Made by a program: the position numbers and the translations under genes
Part shown: positions 57,390-64,000 of the stretch, piece by piece
Position numbering within the stretch: position 1 is the stretch's first letter
Layout: each line of letters opens with the position of its first letter
Source of the DNA: Candidatus Limnocylindria bacterium
Lineage (GTDB): Bacteria > Chloroflexota > Limnocylindria > Limnocylindrales > CSP1-4
Direction of reading: 5' to 3'
Length of the DNA: 64,000 bases
Assembly (NCBI GenBank): GCA_041494645.1
Contig: JBGQBD010000001.1
Location: forward strand, 5,361 to 69,360
The notes under the pieces: generated by a model
The model's input: the letters and a program-made list of their open reading frames with translations, nothing else
What the model was told of the DNA's origin: nothing
Database searches by the model: none

Positions 57390-58863
57390 CCCGGCGGGCC
57401 AGCCGGGCTCCGCGAACGCCCGTGACCGGGCGGCAGAGGGACACTGGCCGGACCGGGGCCTCGGGCTTTCGTTCCGAGTCCTGCTCACCCTGGGCATGAT
57501 CGTCGCGGCGGTGCTTCCGCTGGCGATCTTCGGCTCGATCCTGATGCTGGCCGGCCTGTACATCAACGGCCATATCGTGGTGCCATTGCTGATCGCCGCG
57601 ATCGCCGGGGGCGCGTTCTTCGGCCTGCTCGCGGCCGCCTTGGCCGCGAGCACCTTGACCGCCCCGCTGCGCCGCATCACCGCCGCCGTGGAGCGAGTGG
57701 CCGCCGGCGAACCCAGCGCGCCCATCCATGTCACCGGCGACGACGAGCTGGCCCGCCTGGCCGAGAGCCACAACCGCATCGCCTCGGAAGTCCAGCGGCG
57801 CAACCGCGAGCTGAGCGCGCTGCTGAAGGCCGTCGCCGCGTACGCGCCGGCCCAGGGCGTCGACGCCCTGACGGCCATCGCCGAGAAAGACGGCTGTCAG
57901 ATCTACGGCCTGATCGACTGCCGCATCCAGCTCGTCGATCCCGCCACCGTGCCGGTCGAGGAGGCGATCCCGGGCGACCCGCGTCCGGCGCGAGCGGACA
58001 TAAGGGCCGGCGGCGAAACCATGGGCGTCCTCACCGGCCACCTGCCGGCGACGCGCAGCTGGGAGCGCGCCGACCAGGATCTGCTCGATCTCTTCTCGAA
58101 CGAGGTCGGCGTCGCCCTGCGCAACGCCGAGCTGTTCGGCCAGATCGAAAACCAGAACGCCAGGCTGCTGGAGCTGGACACGGCCAAGGATGAGTTCCTG
58201 CGGGGCGTCAGCCACAACCTGCAGAGTCCGCTCACCAGCATCCGCGCCTACGTTGATCAGCTGCGGGCCGCCTCGGCGGAGGCCGCTCGCGACCGGCGGC
58301 TCCAGATCGTGGCCGAGCAAACGGACCGTCTGACCCGCCTCGTCCGGCAGTTGCTCACCGTGACCCGCCTGGAGGCCGGAGCCCTGCGATCCGAGGCCGA
58401 GGTGATCTCGGTGGCGCCGCGAATCCGGCGGGCCTGGGAGGCGCTCAACGCCGCGGAGGTGGCGTTCGAGCTGCGCGACCAGGCCCACGGCTGGCTGGCC
58501 GTGGCGGACCCGGATCAGCTGGACCAGGTCCTGTGGGCGCTGCTCGACAACGCCGTGAAGTACGGCGGCCGCGACGGCAAGGTCGAGGTGGACGTCCGGA
58601 CCGACGAGATGATCGACCGCCTCCACGTCACCATCGCCGACCACGGCCCCGGCGTCTCGGGCGCGGACCGCGAGCGGCTCTTCACGCGCTTCACCCGCGG
58701 CGGTTCCCAGGGGAGTGGTGACGGCACCGGCCTCGGCCTCTACGTTTCGCGGCAGCTGCTTCTGGCCATGGGCGGGGAGCTCTGGCTCGAGCCGGCGCGC
58801 GAGGGAATCGGCGCCGAGTTCACGCTGTCGTTGCCCGGTGAGCCGCCCGGCGATGGCGGCTGA
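57376..58863 (+). CDS. Sensor histidine kinase (2 TM, HAMP, HisKA, HATPase_c)
   Basis: Has the H-box RGVSHNLQSPLTSI and N/G1/G2 boxes (DNAVKYG; DHGPGV; GTGLGL). Its ATG overlaps the regulator's 3' end. Confidence 0.85.
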   Translation: MTTPDPAGQPGSANARDRAAEGHWPDRGLGLSFRVLLTLGMIVAAVLPLAIFGSILMLAGLYINGHIVVPLLIAAIAGGAFFGLLAAALAASTLTAPLRRITAAVERVAAGEPSAPIHVTGDDELARLAESHNRIASEVQRRNRELSALLKAVAAYAPAQGVDALTAIAEKDGCQIYGLIDCRIQLVDPATVPVEEAIPGDPRPARADIRAGGETMGVLTGHLPATRSWERADQDLLDLFSNEVGVALRNAELFGQIENQNARLLELDTAKDEFLRGVSHNLQSPLTSIRAYVDQLRAASAEAARDRRLQIVAEQTDRLTRLVRQLLTVTRLEAGALRSEAEVISVAPRIRRAWEALNAAEVAFELRDQAHGWLAVADPDQLDQVLWALLDNAVKYGGRDGKVEVDVRTDEMIDRLHVTIADHGPGVSGADRERLFTRFTRGGSQGSGDGTGLGLYVSRQLLLAMGGELWLEPAREGIGAEFTLSLPGEPPGDGG

Positions 58864-58914
58864 CCTCCGCAGGATGACCCGGTCGGATGCGTGCCGGGGT
58901 GATGCCTCTGGCCG

Positions 58915-59730
58915 TCAGCGCGCCGGCTGAGTCGGCAGCTGGCGCCGCACAGTGGCCACCCGATCCAGATCCAGGTCCGCCGCCACCACCCCCGGCCCGT
59001 CTGGAGCCTGGGCGATGACGATTCCCCACGGGTCGACGATCATGCTGCGGCCGTGCGCCGGGACTCCGGCGCCCGTGCCGCACTGGGCCGGGGCGATCAC
59101 GAAGGCTCTGTTCTCGATGGCCCGGGCGCGCAGTAGCACCTCCCAATGGTCCCGACCCGTCGCCTCAGTGAAGTTGGCTGGCACGGCCATGACCGTGGCG
59201 CCGTCGAGCGCCAGCTCCCGGTACAGCTCCGGGAAGCGGAGGTCGAAGCAGACGCTCAGGCCGAGGCGGACATCCGCCCCATCGGCCGCCCCTTCCAGGA
59301 CCGCGACCACGCTGGCATCGCCGGGCGTGATCTGGGACGACTCTCGAACGGACGGGCCGTCGTCGATGGCAACGTCGAAGAGGTGCCGCTTGCGATACGT
59401 CGCCGCGATCCGGACGGCGGGATCGAGCAGGACCGACGTGTTGTAGGGCCGCAGGGGATCGGTCGAGCGCTCGGCCAGGCTGCCCAGCAGGATCCAGGCA
59501 TCGAGCGAGCGGGCCAGCTCCGCGAACGGCACGGTGAGCGGGCCGGGCAGGTCCGTGGCCGACTCGCGGAAGCCCGAGACGGGGCCGCGGTACAGGAACA
59601 TCTCCGGCAGGGCGATCAGCGACGGACTACCCCGGCCGGCCCGGTGGATGAGCGCCGCGGCACGATCCACGTTCGCGGCCACGTCCTGATCGGCGGCCAG
59701 CTGGACGAGGGCTACTCCGAGACTGCTCAC
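58915..59730 (-). CDS. Carbon-nitrogen hydrolase (nitrilase superfamily)
   Basis: Has the E-K-C triad context: LPEMF, RKRHLF and the GLSVCFDLRFPE catalytic Cys region. The start is the internal GTG (VSSLGVALVQ). Confidence 0.75.
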   Translation of the reverse strand: MSSLGVALVQLAADQDVAANVDRAAALIHRAGRGSPSLIALPEMFLYRGPVSGFRESATDLPGPLTVPFAELARSLDAWILLGSLAERSTDPLRPYNTSVLLDPAVRIAATYRKRHLFDVAIDDGPSVRESSQITPGDASVVAVLEGAADGADVRLGLSVCFDLRFPELYRELALDGATVMAVPANFTEATGRDHWEVLLRARAIENRAFVIAPAQCGTGAGVPAHGRSMIVDPWGIVIAQAPDGPGVVAADLDLDRVATVRRQLPTQPAR

Positions 59731-59813
59731 CGTGCGCCCTTTCGTGCGTGATATGCCCCAGACGGATGCCCGCCTCGCGGGCTCGATGGTACCCTCCCGC
59801 CGAGGAGGCTTCC

Positions 59814-60380
59814 ATGAGCAACCCAACCCGAGACGACGCCTGGCGGCTGCTGGCCGAATGGACGCCGAGCGAAGCGCTTCGAAAGCACGGCCTGGCGGTC
59901 GAGGCGACGGTCGCCTGGTACGCCGAGCACCGTTTCGGCATCGCGGGGCCCGAGCTGGAGACGTGGCGCGCCGCCGGCCTCCTGCACGACTTCGACTACG
60001 AGCGCTACCCGGAGACCCACCCCATGCGAGGCGCCGAGGAGCTGCGCCGGCTGGGATACCCCGACGAGGTCGTCGAGGCGGTGCTTGGCCACGGCGACCA
60101 CACGGGCGTGCCGCGCGTCAGCCTGCTGGCGAGGACCGTGTACGCCTGTGACGAGATGAGCGGTTTCGTCATCGCCGTGACGTACGTCCGGCCGAACCGC
60201 AGCCTGGACGAGGTCGATCCGCGCGCCGTCATGAAGAAGATGAAGGACAAGGGCTTCGCCCGGCCGGTGCCGCGAGACCAGCTGATCAAGGGCGCCGAGG
60301 AGCTCGACATCCCCTTCGAGGAGCACGTAGCCAACGTGATCGAGGGACTCAAGACGATCCGGGAGACGCTCGGGCTGTAG
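59814..60380 (+). CDS. HD-domain metal-dependent phosphohydrolase
   Basis: Has the HD motif AAGLLHDFDYE, and the ATG follows a gaggagg RBS. It is divergent from the nitrilase gene. Confidence 0.7.
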   Translation: MSNPTRDDAWRLLAEWTPSEALRKHGLAVEATVAWYAEHRFGIAGPELETWRAAGLLHDFDYERYPETHPMRGAEELRRLGYPDEVVEAVLGHGDHTGVPRVSLLARTVYACDEMSGFVIAVTYVRPNRSLDEVDPRAVMKKMKDKGFARPVPRDQLIKGAEELDIPFEEHVANVIEGLKTIRETLGL

Positions 60381-60458
60381 AGCCACGCGCCGGCGGCTCG
60401 GGCGACGGCGCTTGCCTCGAGGCCGGCGGGGGGGCGGCCGCGGCGGCAGCCGCATTCC

Positions 60459-60974
60459 TCAGGCGCGGTCGGTCAGAACCGGCACCCCGGGGAACGCCGT
60501 GGCGTCGTCCTCGCTGGCCCGCACCCAGTCGAGCAAGTCGCGATTGACGATGAGCGTGCCCACATCCCTAATGCTCATGGCGCCATGGCTTGCGTAAGCG
60601 AGTGTGGCGTCGGAGAGCGGGATCATCGGCCCACGCGAGTGGAGACAGGGCAGCGGCATCTGACCGGGCGCCGCGTGGAGCAGCCCCAGGGCGGTGTAGG
60701 GCCCGAGCTGGACCTGCAGTCGGTAGCGAACCGTGTAGATCCGCTGCGCTCCTTCGCCGCGACCGCCGCCCGTCTCGACCGCGTAAAGGATCGAGCGGTC
60801 CACCTCTCCGTCGCCCAGGTTGGTGACGGTGCCGTCCTCGAAGCTCTCGACGAAAGCCTCTCGAATCACGACGGAGTCCGAGCGATTCAGGAGATCGGTC
60901 AGGCGCTCGCCCTCGCACTCGACGTATCCGATGAGACGGCGACCGAGGGCGTACCCAATGAGAGGGATGAGCAC
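60459..60974 (-). CDS. Hypothetical protein
   Basis: 171-aa ORF with normal composition and no recognisable motif. Confidence 0.4.
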   Translation of the reverse strand: MLIPLIGYALGRRLIGYVECEGERLTDLLNRSDSVVIREAFVESFEDGTVTNLGDGEVDRSILYAVETGGGRGEGAQRIYTVRYRLQVQLGPYTALGLLHAAPGQMPLPCLHSRGPMIPLSDATLAYASHGAMSIRDVGTLIVNRDLLDWVRASEDDATAFPGVPVLTDRA

Positions 60975-61263
60975 GGAGCCTCCTGCGGGCCGGTGACATG
61001 GGCTGGGTGAGCCCTACCTGAACGTATCCGCGAGGGTACGCCGCGACGGCGACCGCTCAACTGACACGTAAGTACCGGATGGGGCTTCCGCGCACCACGG
61101 CTTGACGAGAGCCGCCGACGGGGTCCTGCCCCGGCCCATCGAGCATCAGCCGTTGGCGTCCCGCCGAACGGGGATTTCGGTCCCGTGCCCGAGACGGGTC
61201 GGCCGGGCGGCTACCATGCGTGAAACCGGGCCCAGCGAGGGCCCAACCGTCCCGGGGAGAGTC

Positions 61264-62274
61264 ATGGACTTCGGTCCGGTCCTGCTGATCGGCTCCGTGG
61301 CGGGCTGGCTCACGGTGACGGGGCTCGAATGGGTGGCCGACTTCGTCATCGCGCCGGACCCGCGGAAGCTGCTCCACGCCGCCGGGGCGGTCGCGCTCGT
61401 CGGCTGGTTCGCCTACTGGGCCCGGGATGCCTGCTGGTCGATCCCAACCGACGGACGGCTGGGGATAGACGGGCGCATCTACTACCGCGCCGCGCAGGCA
61501 TGGCTCGACGGTCATGACCCCTGGGCCGCCGGCGTTCCCGTCGATGGCTTCCGCTTCGACTTCGCCGGGCCGCCCCCAACCGTCCTGGCCTTCGCGCCCT
61601 TCGCGGTGCTGCCCGAAGACGTGTTCAACGGACTGTGGCTCGGACTGAGTCTCGCGGCCGCGATCTACACCCTCCGCCGCGTCCGCCTGCCCATCTGGTG
61701 GCTGCTCTTTCCGCCCCTGGCCCAGGGCCTGCTCGTGGGCAACCCGCAGGTCGTGTGCCTGGGCGTCCTGCTGGCCGGCTCCGACTGGCTGCGCTCGCTG
61801 GCGGTCCCGCTGAAGGCGTACGCAGCCCTGCCGATGCTGGCCGAGCGACGCTGGCGCGCTCTCGGCATCCTGGCCGCCGCCTCGGCCGTGTCGATGGCGC
61901 TGTGGCCCGGCTTGTGGCTGACCTACGCCTCCGAGTTCGGTGCCATCTCGACCCGGATCGCAGCCGAGTCGTTCGGGGGCTTCTCCGCCACGCGAGACAC
62001 CAACCTCCTGATCGTCACCGTCGCCGCCGCCGGAGCCCTGGCCCTGATCGATCTGCGCTCCGCGGGGTGGCTCGCGGTGCCGGCGCTGTGGCCTTCGTCG
62101 CAGTTCTTCTACTCGGCCTTCGCGCTGCCCGTCATGTCGCCCATCCTGGCGGTAGGCCTGGCGGTCGACCAGCGCGGCCTTCCGGCCGAGGTCATCTGCG
62201 TCTACGCAGCCTGGCGCTTCGCCCGGATGATGCTTCCGGCGCTGCTACCGGCGACCGTCGAGACCGAGGAGTAA
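61264..62274 (+). CDS. DUF2029-family polytopic membrane protein (GT-C-like mannosyltransferase fold)
   Basis: Has 9-10 TM helices with Trp-rich loops, resembling GT87/DUF2029 mannosyltransferases. The start is at the internal ATG 61264. Confidence 0.5.
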   Translation: MDFGPVLLIGSVAGWLTVTGLEWVADFVIAPDPRKLLHAAGAVALVGWFAYWARDACWSIPTDGRLGIDGRIYYRAAQAWLDGHDPWAAGVPVDGFRFDFAGPPPTVLAFAPFAVLPEDVFNGLWLGLSLAAAIYTLRRVRLPIWWLLFPPLAQGLLVGNPQVVCLGVLLAGSDWLRSLAVPLKAYAALPMLAERRWRALGILAAASAVSMALWPGLWLTYASEFGAISTRIAAESFGGFSATRDTNLLIVTVAAAGALALIDLRSAGWLAVPALWPSSQFFYSAFALPVMSPILAVGLAVDQRGLPAEVICVYAAWRFARMMLPALLPATVETEE

Positions 62275-62353
62275 GCCAGCGGCGGAAAGGGGGCCGGGGT
62301 TGCTCGAACTCGGCCGCGTGACGACAGCTGGGAGTCGGTTGACGAGGGAGGAA

Positions 62354-62470
62354 TGGAGCCGACACTCGGATTCGAACCGGGGGGCTGGAGTCTGCTGTCA
62401 GTCTCTGCTGTCACGACCGCCGCCGTCCTCTGCGCCCGGTCCGCTTCAGGACGTTCCCGTATCGGGTGAC
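62354..62470 (-). other. tRNA-like 3' element (T-arm + acceptor strand); possible degenerate or unusual tRNA gene, or integration-site remnant
   Basis: Minus-strand reads ...CCCGG-TTCGAAT-CCGAG-TGTCGGC-T-CCA. This has the canonical GGTTCGAATCC T-loop, a 7-nt acceptor 3' strand, a discriminator and an encoded CCA. No matching 5' acceptor strand could be found within about 95 nt. A TTGGTAAG D-loop-like motif lies about 120 nt upstream. Confidence 0.35.
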
Positions 62471-62545
62471 TTACCAATTGAATCTCCAGCGCTCCGCGCG
62501 CACAATCGGTCCCCAACACGCCGGCGGTTGCCGGAGGAGGCGGAG

Positions 62546-64000
62546 ATGGTTCGCCAGGCTCGGCTCGGGGCCCACGCCGTAGTTCTCGTAGTTGCCATTC
62601 TCCTCGGACTGCCTGCAGGGGGGGCCTTCCCCGCATCGGCCGCCGCCCGCGCAGCCCATCCGGCGCCCGAGTTCATCGACGGCAGGGTGCTCGTCGGCTT
62701 CATGCAGCGGACCTCGGAAGCAGCGGCGACGGCCGCGATCGAGAACGCGGGCGGCGTTCCGGACAAGGTGATTGGGCGGGGAACGCACCTCGTCAAGGTT
62801 GGCCGGGGCAGGGTTGAGAGCACGATCACCGCGCTTCGCCACAACCCGCACGTCCGCTACGCAGAGCCCGACTACGTCTACCACCTAGCCGACGCGCCGA
62901 ACGACCCGTCGTTCAACCAGCTCTGGGGAATGAGCAACACCGGCCAGACGGTGAATGGGACCGCCGGGACAGCCGGCGCCGACATCAGTGCGCCCGGGGC
63001 CTGGAGCATCTCGACGGGATCGGCGTCCGTCGTCGTCAGCGACGTGGACACCGGCATCGACTACACGCACCCCGATCTAGCCCCGAACGTCTGGTCGAAC
63101 CCTGGTGGGATAGGCGGTTGCCCGGCCGGCACGCACGGCTACAACGCGGTCGCCGGAAACTGCGATCCGAGGGACGACAACAACCACGGCTCGCACACGG
63201 CCGGGACCATCGGCGCGGCGGGCAACAACGGCCTCGGGGTGACCGGTGTCAACTGGACGACGAGCATCCTGGCGGTCAAGGCCTTCGACGCGTCTGGGTC
63301 CTCGACGTCGACGAGCATCGTCCAGTCGCTCCAATGGATTCTCGACGCAAAGGCCGCCGGGGTGAACGTCCGCGTCGTGAACGCCTCCTGGGGTGGGTGG
63401 CAGTCCTCGCAGGCGACGCTCGACGTGATTCAGCAGCTCGGCGCCGAGGACGTGCTGTTCGTCGCGGCCGCCGGCAACAACGGCCTGCCGCACAACCTGC
63501 TGCCGTTCTACCCCTGCGACTACCCGGTCGCCACGATCGTGTGCGTCGGGGCCTCGGACCAGAACGACGGGCTTGCCTACTTCTCCGACTACGGGTCGGC
63601 GTCGGTCGATCTCGTCGCCCCGGGCACGAACATCTTGTCGACCGTCCCCGGGGGCGGCTATGCGTACTACACTGGCACCTCGATGGCGACGCCGCACGTC
63701 ACCGGTGCGGCGTCCCTCCTCCTGTCGCTCGGCTATCGTTCCGCCGCCGAGGTGAAGACGGACATCCTCGAGGGCGTGGACGTCCTGCCGTCGCTTGCGG
63801 GCAAGATCGGGACTTCGGGCCGGCTCAACCTGGCGAAGACGCTTGCATTGGCCGGCGTCCCTGGCGCCCCGGGCGCACCGGTCCTCGCCGTGAGCGCCGG
63901 CGACACGGTGGTGGACCTCAGCTGGACGAGCCCTGCCCCGGGGGCCTCGCCGATTTCCGGATACCGCCTGTACAGAGGAACTGCAAGGGGCGCCGAGACG
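62546..64000 (+). CDS. Secreted S8-family subtilisin-like serine peptidase with I9 propeptide and C-terminal Fn3-like domain (3' partial)
   Basis: Has a signal peptide and I9 inhibitor domain, the catalytic triad blocks VVVSDVDTGID, NHGSHTAGTIGA and GTSMATPHVTGA, then a fibronectin-III-like start. It runs off the window end. Confidence 0.85.
   Translation, partial: MVRQARLGAHAVVLVVAILLGLPAGGAFPASAAARAAHPAPEFIDGRVLVGFMQRTSEAAATAAIENAGGVPDKVIGRGTHLVKVGRGRVESTITALRHNPHVRYAEPDYVYHLADAPNDPSFNQLWGMSNTGQTVNGTAGTAGADISAPGAWSISTGSASVVVSDVDTGIDYTHPDLAPNVWSNPGGIGGCPAGTHGYNAVAGNCDPRDDNNHGSHTAGTIGAAGNNGLGVTGVNWTTSILAVKAFDASGSSTSTSIVQSLQWILDAKAAGVNVRVVNASWGGWQSSQATLDVIQQLGAEDVLFVAAAGNNGLPHNLLPFYPCDYPVATIVCVGASDQNDGLAYFSDYGSASVDLVAPGTNILSTVPGGGYAYYTGTSMATPHVTGAASLLLSLGYRSAAEVKTDILEGVDVLPSLAGKIGTSGRLNLAKTLALAGVPGAPGAPVLAVSAGDTVVDLSWTSPAPGASPISGYRLYRGTARGAET

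Noticed and set aside
62340-62720. tmRNA (ssrA) hypothesis for the tRNA-like T-arm/acceptor element
   Set aside because: A standard about 350-nt tmRNA on the minus strand would have to overlap the well-supported signal peptide and propeptide of the S8 protease starting at 62546. The 3' end also lacks the usual ...GCTCCACCA terminus. This is left as a tRNA-like fragment pending a covariance search.
1-64000. Mobile genetic elements or defence islands (integrase, transposase, restriction-modification, CRISPR-Cas)
   Set aside because: No integrase, transposase or cas-like motif was seen in any frame. The only nuclease is a small stand-alone HNH protein, with no methyltransferase partner.

Overview
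High-GC (~70%) bacterial chromosomal window, likely an Actinobacteria/Chloroflexi-type organism with F420-type and tad-pilus genes. It is densely coding with many translationally coupled operons whose stop and start codons overlap as ATGA or GTGA. Long antisense ORFs in the six-frame track are typical high-GC artefacts, so genes were chosen by recognisable family motifs and amino-acid composition.

Main contents in order:
- ABC-2 permease, HtrA protease, and a complete AmmeMemoRadiSam triad (AMMECR1, radical SAM, MEMO-like) followed by a methyltransferase.
- MFS efflux pump, nitroreductase, phosphoesterase lipoprotein, pgm, ald, malic enzyme, and an AspC-type aminotransferase.
- An ECF-type transporter operon headed by two surface proteins (prenyltransferase-like alpha/alpha repeats plus DUF4430). 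I read this pair as a split transcobalamin-like cobalamin binder. A clear cobalamin riboswitch with a B12 box sits in its leader, with an RBS-sequestering helix downstream.
- F420/LLM oxidoreductase, Fe-ADH, NUDIX, a DarA-like c-di-AMP receptor divergent from a GAF-GGDEF cyclase, and a tmk-sigma-anti-sigma operon.
- A Ycf45-like SpoIIIAA/R3H ATPase, pdxST, UDG, CCA-adding enzyme, and an HNH nuclease.
- A glucosylglycerate-type cluster: ligase-like domain lacking the catalytic Lys, an unknown GT with a Gly-Lys tail, a USP-USP-GpgS fusion, glycerate kinase, and nth.
- Three TadE/TadG-type pseudopilins (one with PKD domains), an OmpR/HK two-component pair, a C-N hydrolase, an HD protein, and a DUF2029 membrane glycosyltransferase.
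- A tRNA-like 3' fragment in an intergenic gap, and a secreted S8 subtilisin running off the window end.

No rRNA, CRISPR array, transposase or integrase was seen.
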